Origin: Lingula anatina
Lineage: Eukaryota; Animalia; Brachiopoda
DNA length: 64,000 bases
Direction: 5' to 3'
Assembly: GCA_051362555.1 (NCBI GenBank)
Contig: CM120641.1
Span: forward strand, 36,028,401-36,092,400
This document shows positions 22,565-34,824 of the stretch, in pieces. Within the stretch, counting starts at the first letter, position 1. Every line of letters starts with the position of its first letter. Below the pieces are notes generated by a model. The model was not told the origin of the DNA. It was given only the letters and a program-made list of their open reading frames with translations, and ran no database searches. The position numbers were made by a program, and so were the translations under genes.

Positions 22565-24489
22565 TTAAAGAGTTCCGCCTATTACTCAAGCTTGTTTTAG
22601 TTTATCAAAATTAGTTTAAATCAGACTTGTTTAAATGTTTAATATTTGGTTAAATTGTGCTCTCTATTCATGTTAAAAACTATTGTTTCTTTTAACAAGA
22701 GACTTCTGAAAATATGAACAGAATTTAGAATAAAAAAGATTGTTCTCCTATAAATTAATTTCAAGTTTATTTTGAAATTTCAGATCTGAGTGCACCACAG
22801 TTAGTGGCATCTTACATGGAACACAGTTCTTTGGCATATGGGGCAGATTGGTGTAGGAGTCAATGGGATATAGTCCAAAATAGCAATACTGGGTTGGAAT
22901 CTAAAAAAACCCAGGAACTCACAGAAACTCTTGGAAATGTATCTGTAGGGCAAGGAGCAGCACCAAATGCTGATATGAATAAGAACATTTCTTACACACT
23001 TGCTACTTGTTCATTTTATGATCACAGTATGCATGTATGGAACTGGAAAAACAAACTGGTCTAGTTTGGGATTTATGCAGCTATATTATTTACACCAATG
23101 CAGTTATGTTTGAATATTGAAATGTCTAGAAAAATGTGTTTTAAAACGAGCAAATGCATGAGGATTCAAATAAACACACTAAATTCCCAGTATATGATGA
23201 TAACAGTGTACAAATTCATTTAGGACGAAGTAAGATGTGCAACTGGATTAAGAACAAGTGTTTAATTGTTAGCAACCCTTGGTAGACTTTTTCGGAAAAA
23301 TGTACATTTTGATTTTGAACCGACTTTTAGAAACTGAATACTTGTGGTACGGGACTCTTTAACTTTCAACCACTTTACTTTGACATATTGAAAAAAGCTA
23401 GTTATATTTGAATACTGTATTTAGTCTTTAGGATTATTCTTGTAAGTTTGAGAATAGTAAGTAACATGGTTTTCCTTTCACACAGCTTACAGTGGTGGTG
23501 AACAAAATAGTTGATTTTTCGTCAATTTTGACCAGGTCCTTTGAAGTTCAAAGCCACACATTGAAAATGCCAATATATGAAAAAAAAAACCTGCATAACT
23601 TAAAGAAAAATTATCCAGTCAAGCTGATTTTCAAACTCCACCAGTATTTTTGATATTGATCACTCCTGGTTGTAAGTTTTCAGACAATAGGTCAACCGAA
23701 TTTCCAATTTATATGTTTTGTACCTAGTATTGCATTTTATGGTGAAAGAGAAAAAAAAACTTTGGTAAAATGGCCCGTTTAAGTTTACCTTATTTTTGGA
23801 ACTCTACCTGTATTTTACTAATATTTATCAGTTTTATAAATTTGAAGACAAACTTCAAATGCTTTTCTACTTATAATGTTATTGCTTTTCTACTGTAATC
23901 TTTATGATATTAAAATGTTACAATGTTAAATTTAAACATAGGCACAAAGTCATGTAAGAACTAGAAATATATAGATATTTCAATGTGATTTTATAAAGAA
24001 CAGATTATCAAAGATTTTGTTGTTTCTTTAAGTTGCACTTAAATTTTATTTGTAAAGGCAATCTGTTACAATGAAAACCATTATTAGCATAAAAAACTAC
24101 AATGTTTCAACTTAAAATCCTAAAAATTATTATTCCAGGATCAGGATAAACTTTGAATAAAAGAAGAAAGAAAATCATTCACTTATTTGAAATTATTTTT
24201 CTAATGTTAAAAAAAAAACTGAACATTTCAATTACAGTAGCAAAAATAATTATTGAACATTTCAAAATTCTTAATAAACAGTCAGTCAATTAAGTTTTTT
24301 CTGCATGCATTTCAGCTTCGTCAACATGCTTTGGAAATAATCAAAATAAGATACCCATTATCAGATACAATTTTATCTAAAATGACCTATTTAGTTCTTT
24401 AACTAGCCTATTTACAACTTATCTCAAAACAAGCATAACCAGTAGATAACCACAAACAATAGGAAACATTTGTAAAATCACAGACACTA

Positions 24490-25746
24490 CTAATGTAATA
24501 AGTTATTCAATAACCTGATTGGTTTCTTCCTAAGCAAAGACTGTAAGTATGAAAGAATTGCCCAGAGATCCTCTTCTGAGTAATCACTGAACAGGTTGAT
24601 GTCTGGCACAAAGTGATTTGGTAGTGACTTCAATCTTATGTGGTGTTCCATCATTTTAAGAAAATCTATGAATCTATCAGGCAAGTCATCTTCATTCCAT
24701 TTGTCTTCGTCATCAATGAGGTGAAACAACAAGGTCTTGAATACATAAGAATCCAAACATTTAAAATAAGGATTCCTCAGCCTAATTGCTTTTATGAGCT
24801 GTAAACATTGACATTTACAACCGCTTTCCTCTGTTGCTACTTTTTCTAACATGATCTTCCTCTCTTGTTCATGAAAACTTTGTAGCCAAAAGTTTTGATA
24901 AGCTGCATCAACAGCTGCTTGTGGGTGGGGCGTAGCAATGATCCATGTTCCCTTAAAGTGAACACAAGGAGTGAAGGTGACCCTCAATGTTTTGCTATCA
25001 CCATATCCAACAGTCAGAACAAGTTTTGATCCTGTAAGAGATGGATACAGGTTGTAATTTGATGTCCAACTAATTCCCTGTTGAAGTCTGCCTTGAAATA
25101 ATTGGCAGATTTTCACTGGAGACAGATAGCCCCCAGTCAGACAGCTGTCCCATATACTAGCACCCTTGGTGAAGAAATCCTGGTTTTCCCTTTGAACAAG
25201 CCAGTGCCCAGGTGCTGACATTAAAGTGTCTCTACCAGAGACCAGGCTCCACATATTCTCTTCTAAGTCTAACCGAATGAGAATATCAAAATCATCTGTG
25301 ACATTTGCTTCTTCATAGGCACTTCCAAAGGGTATCATTGAGTGTACGTGGCTTGTAGCTTTCTGCAACTTGAGAAAACTGTAAAACATGTCAGTTACCT
25401 CTTTGACCACCACTTTGGCTTTCTCCATATCTGAATCAGTCTTTCTTACATGTTCTTTGTAATATAACCTCAAAAGATCCCCAGGTGATTGACCTTGGCC
25501 ACTTTTTGCAGCATCTTCAATATTCTCAATCCCAGAGTCATCAGAACTACTGAATGAAATGTTTTGCTTTTTGGGAGATGGTCTTGGGATATCATTGTTA
25601 TCTTGGTCTTTTTTCTCTGTATAGGTTTGATAAAGCCTCCAGGTTGTGTAAAGGGTTGCTGCAACTGTGGCTCCTGTGGCAATAGGACCAAAGGCACCAT
25701 AAGAACCTGATGCTTGCTCCTGCCTGCGGCTCCATCTGTTACCCAT
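24490..25746 (-). CDS. MIEF1: MiD49/MiD51 (MIEF) homolog, 418 aa, copy B
   Basis: Intact ORF with 10 amino-acid differences from copy A and its own duplicated promoter. Confidence 0.88.
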   Translation of the reverse strand: MGNRWSRRQEQASGSYGAFGPIATGATVAATLYTTWRLYQTYTEKKDQDNNDIPRPSPKKQNISFSSSDDSGIENIEDAAKSGQGQSPGDLLRLYYKEHVRKTDSDMEKAKVVVKEVTDMFYSFLKLQKATSHVHSMIPFGSAYEEANVTDDFDILIRLDLEENMWSLVSGRDTLMSAPGHWLVQRENQDFFTKGASIWDSCLTGGYLSPVKICQLFQGRLQQGISWTSNYNLYPSLTGSKLVLTVGYGDSKTLRVTFTPCVHFKGTWIIATPHPQAAVDAAYQNFWLQSFHEQERKIMLEKVATEESGCKCQCLQLIKAIRLRNPYFKCLDSYVFKTLLFHLIDDEDKWNEDDLPDRFIDFLKMMEHHIRLKSLPNHFVPDINLFSDYSEEDLWAILSYLQSLLRKKPIRLLNNLLH

Positions 25747-26794
25747 TCTACAATAAAAATATCCACTTTTTTAAATGAAAGCTGGCCAACATGGCAACCT
25801 ACCTGTAATAAACATGCTGTGCCAATTTGTTAAGTCAGATCAACAACATTAATTACGTAGTAATAAGTTTGGCTTTCATATTACCCTATTCTGTTGGGGA
25901 TGGTTGTTTTCTGTGTTTATTCTTGACTAGACTCTTTTATTTCTAGTGCATTTCTAGTGTATTGCACTGTATATCCCATTATAGTCTGTCCGCCCTGCCA
26001 GTGTGGGTGATGCCGAATTGGAATATAGTTACTGTTGTTTTTTCACTCAATCATGCAAAAAGTGTGGCCCAGTGTGCCTAAGGTTCAGTTGATCTTATCA
26101 GGCTAAAGTCAAGTTAATCATTACACTTCATGGAAAACATAACATCTTGCCATGTATTTTGTAAAACTAAAATCCTTAAAACTAGCTTAGTAGTAGTAGC
26201 TTACCATTACCAGAGGCACTGCGGTTTTAAAAAGGTGGCAGTAGCAATAGTCCGAACGTTCACTATAAAACCTTCGGACCAATGAACCCTTGATTAAAAA
26301 ACCGATAAAAATGTTACCATTTTTAGGACCGATGAACCTTTGGACTATCGAGTCGCCCCCTTAAAAATTTAAACCACGGAACTTCATCAAACTTTAAAAA
26401 AATATTCTGGATATAGATATTTTTGCTTTACATAAGTAACCAAATTGGTTTTATGGATAACATGGGAAAGAATGCAGAAGTTACTTTTAAAATTAAGGAC
26501 TTACTGAGATGTAAATTTACCTAATATTTTAATTTTTTAATGTAAACACATCTCACCTTTCCAACGACCAACGTGTAGTGTCTAATACGAGCTGAATTGT
26601 CGTTACTAGTCACGAAGTACAATTTTACCAACTTCATACTTTTACAACAAAATGTACTCAGTACTGTATAGTTATATAGAATTTCAATTATATTAAATTA
26701 ATACAAGATAAAATTTGATACAATTGCTACATATAACCTAATAATAAAAGAATACACTAGGAACCTTTAACTTGCAGAAGTGTTGGTTGGAGAA

Positions 26795-29700
26795 ATGGCA
26801 GCCACAGGGGTGCTGCCGTTTGTGAGGGGCATAGACCTTAGTGGCTATGATTTCCAGGTATGATGCTTTTTCACAATCCCTTTGATTTGAAATAAACCAT
26901 CAAGGTTTATTGCTCAACGTGATGTTGTTATTTTTGAGATCAGACTTACTTACATATGATAAAAAGTGATAAAAAGTGGGCACACCCACTAAGGCAGATC
27001 AAACTAATAACGTTATTAATGTTAACGTAATGTGTAATCTGTTAAATTAAGCCGATTGAGTGAATATTAACATTTTATGGCAAGCAGAAGCATGGCTAAT
27101 CATGTAATTAAAGGACCACAGACTTTAGGGTGGGGATCGAGTTAATGTAAAAACTAGTGTCAGTAGTGAGCCGCAGCGTCAGACTGCATTTCCATTGTTT
27201 GCTCTTTTTCAGGAAGGAAAGTTCCCCAAAGATGTGGCTGATATGATTGGATTGAGGTGGCTTTATGTCAACGATTCCAATCTTGATAAACTTCCAGATG
27301 AACTTTCGAATCTCAATAAGTTGGTAAGTTTGCACTGCCTGTTGACATGTTGGGTTGAAATGTTTAAGCTGTCAAAGACAAAATGTATTCAACCATTGTA
27401 CTGTACATTGTACTAGGTATTGGTTCCTGGTACATGTAGTTGATTAATGCTATTTTCCAAATATACAGTGCATTACTATCACTTTTAATTTTAACATATG
27501 TACTGGATTTTGCTTGTTGAATCATGAAATAACATAACCAACAAATAAAATATGGAATGAAAGTTTATTGGAGATGCCTGATTGATTATAATGGTTTGAA
27601 CTTCTCACATCAACAGTAATTACAAGTATAGTTTTTTTTTTATAAAGTAAACAGTTCTAAGCATAGTATTAACAGATAAATGTCAAGCAAAAACCTATAA
27701 ATCAATCTTGATGTTCTGACTCGTGATTATGTTCATTGTTTTTTTTTTACTTAAGGAACACATTTCTCTGGTCAGAAACAACTTGGTCAGCATTCATGGC
27801 GAACTCTCTGACCTGCCATGTCTAAGAGTGATCAACTGCAGGTACAACAACCTGAGAAATACAGGGATTCCAACAGACATTTTTAGTCTAGAGGATCTGT
27901 CTACACTTGTAAGTATCTGTTCCTATAGCATTATTCCCATAACATGTCTGAAGCAAGGGTTAAGCCAGTGTGCATCTCAGCCACCTGATTTAGATGTCCT
28001 GTACCAGCAGATTGTGGTCTCTTTTATGGCTAGATGTCCTTGTTAATACCCTCCTTCCTTAAGTCACATAATTGGAAAACTTAGGTCGATTCTGCCTCAA
28101 GTTTTGCCAAATCTTTTTCATGAAAAAAATTCCTCAGTTTTCAATCTCAAGAGGTAGAATAGCCACCTGAACGAAAACCAGAATTATCAAGTCAATTTTG
28201 GTTTTTAAAAGATAATTTAAAACTCTAAAATAATTGTACACTCAAGTGCATAAATTATATTTTGAAGTTTAGTTTAGTTTTCAGAGGGTAAGTGTAAGCT
28301 TTTTGTAATTATTACAGGATTTTAGTCACAACCAGCTGAAAGAGGTTCCTGCTGATTTAGAACTTGCCAAAGGCTTGTTAGTCTTGAATCTAAGTCACAA
28401 CAAGTAAGTACTTCCTTAAGTTATCATTGAGGTAATGAAAAGAGATAATATATTATACCAATGACTATGATTTAAAACAGAAAGTAAATTAGAATTATAA
28501 AAATTTGGAAAACTGTTTTTTTCAGAAGTAATTACAGTTATAATATTTTATGATTTATTTTCTTCTTTATCTCCAGAATCGAGTCTAATATTTTATGATT
28601 TATTTTCTTCTTTATCTCCAGAATCGAGTCTATCCCATCACCATTATTTATCAACCTCACAGACATTGTTCATTTAGATTTGAGTGACAATCAACTGAGT
28701 AAGTAGACAGAATTTCAGTACCTTCAACAAGATTGTGATGTGTTTGGTCAATCAGTAGCAGTGTTTCATCAAGTTTTGAAAATTTAAAATTTAAAGCAAC
28801 TTGTATTATTTCTTTGCATAGCTGTTGAAGCATAATTGGGGTTTAGGATATATCGATTTCTTTTATACAGCAACCCTTCCACCTCAGATGAGAAGACTGT
28901 CAAATCTGCAGACATTGATTCTGAACAATAATCCCCTGCAGCATGCTCAACTTAGGTAGGTATGATGTCTTTGATAATGAAAAAAATGTAAATAGTCAAA
29001 CAAGGAAATTAAGGTTTAGGTATGCAGTAAGCATATAACAGCCTCCTGTACATTTACAGTGCATGTTGAAGAAATAATTCTTGTATGATTTTGTTTGAAT
29101 GTTATAGCAAGGATAGGTAATCATAGCCAACTATAGTGAACTTTATATTTCAATCTATGTGAAATATTTAACAAATTTGATTTTTGAATTCAGACAACTT
29201 CCAGCCATGGTTTCACTTCAAACACTCCACATGAGAAACACACAAAGAACTTTGGGAAATTTTCCTTCAGGGGTAGATACTCTAGAAAATCTCACGGGTA
29301 ACGAACCTTTTACTTTTATAAACAAAATAGGTTGTTTCAGATAGCATTTTGGTGGAAGTATTCATTAATCTTTTTAATTTCATTCATTGAAAATAAACTT
29401 GTATATAAATACGGCTTTGGAATCTGTCACTGGACTTGCATTTTATGAGTTGACAACTTTGTATATCCCTTGTTAATCAGTCATTAATTCAAATAATACA
29501 AGTCCAGATTCAAAAACTTTATGTAAATTATGGCAAGATGAATATATACTTAAAAGCATCATAGTAGTATTGCTTTTCTGAAATTACAGTGCATGGGTTG
29601 CAATATTTCATGACATCCGTCTTATTTTAATTTAAGATATTGATCTATCCAAGAATGACCTGCCAAAGGTTCCAGAGCCTATCTACAAACTGCTATCTAT

Positions 29701-32700
29701 CAAGAGATTAAATATCAGTGATAACAACATCACTGAATTGTCTTCACTTGTAGGTAGGTGGTCTGAAAAAAAAAAAAAAAAAAACAGGATGAAATCTTAC
29801 ATCTTTGGATCCACTTTATAAGCTTTAAACAAATCTTACTTGTTCTTGCCATATTTAGATTTTGATATCAAGAAAGTGAAAATTTAGTTTTGAGAAGAAT
29901 TTTAAATATGTCCTAGATTTGTATTATGATCTTATTTACATGGATTATTGATGAGGTGAATTGTATGTTTATAATAGATCATCTTGTGATAGTAATGCTT
30001 TGATTTGACTTTTGTGGGCTGATGAAATTGTGATACTATGTCTAGGAGCTAATATATATAACATGATAATCATATTTTTAGACTCTTGGTCAGAACTGGA
30101 AGTGCTAAATGCATCAAGAAACAAGTTAACAGCTTTACCTGTGAGTGTTTATTGTTGTATACTCTGAAAAGGCTATCAATTTTAAAGAAAAGTATTAAAG
30201 TTATATATGCTTATTAATTATCTTTTAAATAGGATTACAAAAAGGTGCAGAATTTTTGTAAAAGAAAGGGGGGGGGATCCGAAATTACAGGTTTGACTTA
30301 AACCAAAGATGGATACTTAACGTAAAGTAATGTAAATGACTTTCATTGCAGGCATCAATTTGTAAACTGACCAGACTGAAGCGGCTCTACCTGAACTGCA
30401 ACCAGCTGGACTTTGAGGGGATCCCTGCTAGTATTGGCAAGCTACAGGAACTGGAGGTTTTCAGTGCAGCAAACAACAACCTTGAAATGATACCTGAAGG
30501 GCTGTGCAGGTATGAAGACTAGATTTTTTTTCAAAATGATTAATATTTTAGTCATGTAATATGAGCTAAAGAACCTGAGGCACTTGACAGAGAGCCTAAG
30601 TTAGTCGGAACAAAACGTAATTTCAAGGCTAGATGTTTTTGGTAATCCATATTATGTCTTTTTTTTATTTTTATAGATGCACAAAGCTGAAGAAACTGAT
30701 TTTAAACTGCAATAGGCTGATAACTCTGCCAGATGCATATCACTTCCTCACAGACTTGCAGGTAAAGAGATTTGATGATAATTTACCCATCATCGACTTC
30801 TTACTTGTCACTTCTTTATAATACAGATGCTGAGTGTTATGATTAGTACTTTACAAACATTTCCCAAAGAATTTTTTGTCAGAAAATTTTATAGGTGTAA
30901 GTAATATTTTTAGGAATTAGACGTGCGATACAACCCTGACATTGAAATGCCTCCCAAGCCAAAAGAACTGCAGGTTGGCAGTGGTATTGAGTATTACAAC
31001 ATTGACTTTTCGCTTAACAACCAGTTGAAGCTGGCTGGTGCTGTGCCCACAACTCCTACAGGCCAGACACCACGTAAGTGGATGTACAATTAAATTACAC
31101 AGAGTCAGAGTTATTATTATTATTATTATTATTATTTTGGTTGAAGTATGGGAGGCAAAATAAACTTAACAAACCTTTATCATATAGTCTCATCTAAAAT
31201 TTAAGTATTTTGATAAGATATTAAAAATGGATTTTCAAATATAATGCAAATTTAGCTGTATGTATTCAATAAATGATTACATGAATGTGGTGTTTTTATT
31301 TGTTTATTTTAATATATTTATTTATTTTACAGGCCCGTAGCCAGGGGGGGTTCGGGGGGTTCGAAAGAACCGCCCCTTTTGCTGGGAAAAGGTCCACTCT
31401 GGGTAAAATTTGATCTAGGTACATGAAGTTTTCATGGGAAAAGGTCCACTTTTTCAGAAAAAGAACCCCCCTTTTGAAATTGCTGGCTACGGGCCTGTTT
31501 TATTTATTCATTATTGCTTTTTTATTTGCATTTGGTATCTTGAATTGCCAGATTATGTATAATTTTTATAGCTCATAAAGACCCAGTTGCAAGGAAAAAG
31601 AGATTGCACAGAAGAAGGGATACTGGAGAAGGCAAAAGCTCAGATCAAGTGCTTAAGGTAGATACAGATACAGTTTGTGCATGATATTTTAGAAGATCAA
31701 TCTTTTACCAGTTTGTCTACATTAAAAAAAGTTTTGAAGTATATCATTTCACAGATCCTCCCCCATGTGTCAAGTGTGGACTTTCTTGTTCAACATGATT
31801 TCATCAATTGCAGGTGAGTTATTTGGAAAAAGCCTCTTAAAAACCACTATTTCCTTGATGATGGAATGTTTTTGTGAGAATATTTTTAGTGTGTAGATAA
31901 AATAAGATGTATAATAATTCCTCTACATATGTAACTTCATGTCTTTTAGGGAATGAGAGATATTGCCAAGGACAAAAACAAGAAATCATCTCCATCAAAA
32001 GAAGAAGAAAAAGAGCCCATAAAGTATGTATAGGCTATTGTTTTAAGTCCAGTTTTATAGAGCAGTGGGAAACTTTTTGATCTAATGTCAAAACATAGGA
32101 AATGATTTGGGTTTTGTAAGAAATAAAAAAGTAGGATTTTATGGTGTTGATGATTTGTTTTACAGACCAAAGAGATGGGATGAGAACCTCCAGAAACCAC
32201 ATTTGGATTACAGTGAGATCTTTGAAGAGGATGTAGGACAAATTCCAGGTAACAATTCTTTTTAAAGTAATAAATGATATATCAAATCTGATAAATATAG
32301 AATATGTTTAAATCCTCTTGTTCTGTTTTATAAATTCAAGTTATGTATAAAGTTGTATGATAAGAATTTTTGTATATACATAGGCATGTTTAATATTGGT
32401 GTTAATACCTTTGCATTTCTATTCTGCAGGATTGACAGTGTGGGAGATTGAGAACTTTTTGCCGGTAGAACTAGATGAAGGTAAGCATTTAGAATTTTAC
32501 ATATCACCAATATCCAATGTCTGGACACTTGTTGCTAATATTAATAACTTATATATCAATCATAAAAAAATATGGACCCTCAGATAAATTCAATAATAAA
32601 ATTTTCAGCCTTCCATGGAAAGTTCTATGAAGCAGACTGTTACATTATACTGAAAACCTATATTGATGACACTAGTAGTCTGAACTGGGAGATCTACTAT

Positions 32701-34793
32701 TGGATTGGAGAGAAGGCATCGGTAAGAGCATCTTTTCATGTGTTACAATGGTTATATTTTGTTTGTTTTAACTCTTTCTTTAAATCACAATTTAGATATT
32801 GCACAGAGGCATGTTACAACACTAAATATGTGCCAACATCTAATATTTATAAATAAAATGTGTGATATTAGTAATTTCCTCACTTACTGTCAGGTATAAA
32901 ACTACAACAAGCATGCTGTTTTATTTTCTTGTTTAGCTGGACAAGAAGGCATGCTCTGCTATCCACTCAGTGAATCTGCGTAATTTGCTGGGTGCTGAGG
33001 GGCGGACAATACGTGAGGAAATGAATGACGAGTCTGATGAATTCATGGATCTCTTTGAAAATGACATACACTACATTGAAGGTGGGAGGACAGCCAGTGG
33101 GTTCTTTACAGTGGAAGAAAATGTAAGTCTAAACTTAAAAAGAATGTGTGTAAAGGTCTATTTGATTTGAGCCAAACAATTCTTTGATTGGATGAAAAGA
33201 GAAGAATAAAGTTTTGTTCATTATGAAAGACTTGTTGATTCTTCGGAAACAAATTAGTACTGATTTCTTGTTATATTTAAACATTGCATCATTATATATA
33301 TTAGTCTAATGTTAACATTTTGATTGTTTTCTAAATGCTTCTTATTTTTTATTTCAGTGTACGTGAAAGTTAAACATCTCTTGAACTATATTTTGCATTA
33401 CAGATCTTTGACCCAAGAATGTACAGAGTGTCAGGAACACAGACGGTGCATCTTGAACCAGTAAGTGTTATTGCTCTTTGAATATGAAAATAAGATAATC
33501 TTATTTCAACACCATTCTTGCAGTACAAGTCACTGAAAGTTTTCCTGCCTCTTAGATGGAATACTAGCTCTAAAGGTTCTCCTAAGTCAAATTAATTGTG
33601 ATCATGCATATATGTATACCTGGATGAAAACTGAGCATGGATGTGAAGCGGTTTACTTTTATTTAAAGACCGGACTGGAAATGGGGTCAGTGACAGTCCA
33701 CCATGTTTGCACAAACCTTTCTTTGATATTAGTTTCTTATGTATTGTATTGTATTGTATTGTATTGTATGAGGCACTGCTAAATCATTGCAGTATATTGC
33801 TGAAGTATAACCATAGATGATGTGTTTTAAAACCTATGTGTTGATTTATGATTTATGTTGTCTTACATTGTCTTTACTAGGTGCGTTGCCATGTCAACTG
33901 TTTGGATCCCCGTTTTGTTTACATGATTGACTGCAAGATGGAAATTTATATCTGGATGGGACCCAAAGCTAAGAATGTCACAAAAACAAAAACAAGGTAT
34001 TAAGGTCTCTAAATGACTGAGCAAGTAATATATAAAGATTAAAAAGTATTGTCAGTGCATTTTTCAGAGAATAATTTGGTCTCATTTTATTTAATTTTTA
34101 TTTAACAATGTCATGGTTCGGTCTGTGCCAGTGTCAGTATTGTAAAACAGCGCAGTGCCATGTCAACCTGGTATTTAAAAAAATAACCTGATACATGAGA
34201 TTGTTTACTTTTTTTGTAGTGATTATTTTGCACTGCTGGTACTAATAATTTGCAGGCTTGTAGCTGAAAAAATCAATAAGAATGAAAGGAAAAACAAGGC
34301 AGAAATCTTGATGTTTGCCCCAGGATTTGAGAGTCCTGAGTTCTGGAAAGTTTTGGGAGGTCCACCAGGAGTTAGGGGCATTAGAGTAAGTGATCATTTG
34401 TCTTACAGTACTTTCTATCAACTTATTCAGCTTTCAAATTGGTATCTTATCCTAGTGAAGGAATTCTTTGCTGTTGTAAACTAGAAACTGCAGGTGGATA
34501 TATTTCCTCAATCTTCTTATAGTTTCAACTAAATCCCCATTTTGTCAGTTTTGTTCTCAGAGTTCTTGACAAACAAGAGAACTAACAAAATGGTAAAAAT
34601 CCCAAATGATGGCAACAGACACATCTACAGATTGTTAAAAGGAAATATAAAACATTTTTGCTTTTCATCTTGAGTTGAAACTCGTGCATTTATCTTTATT
34701 TAGGAAATCGTCCCAGATGACTGGAAGCCTACTGTTCCTAAGCTGTATAAAGTGGGATTGGGAATGGGATACTTGGAGTTGCCTCAAGGTATG

Positions 34794-34824
<31 letters not shown>

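Larger units (their letters stand above)
19072..23064 (+). pseudogene. DPH7: 5'-truncated DPH7 duplicate (tail of exon 3 plus intact exons 4-7)
   Basis: Exons 19280-19352, 19598-19663, 22130-22293, 22784-23064 have the same lengths as copy A and an open frame. There is no start of its own. Amino-acid differences: S>C, ES>KT. Confidence 0.88.
19072..30171. repeat. Tandem segmental duplication, copy B
   Basis: Begins at the end of DPH7 exon 3 (equivalent to 8357) and ends at ACTCTGAAAAG in FLII intron 9 (equivalent to 19073). Confidence 0.97.

Noticed and set aside
19280-23064. Intact DPH7 copy B exons as evidence of selection on the chimera
   Set aside because: Intactness is equally expected if the duplication is recent and copy B was a functional allele until then.
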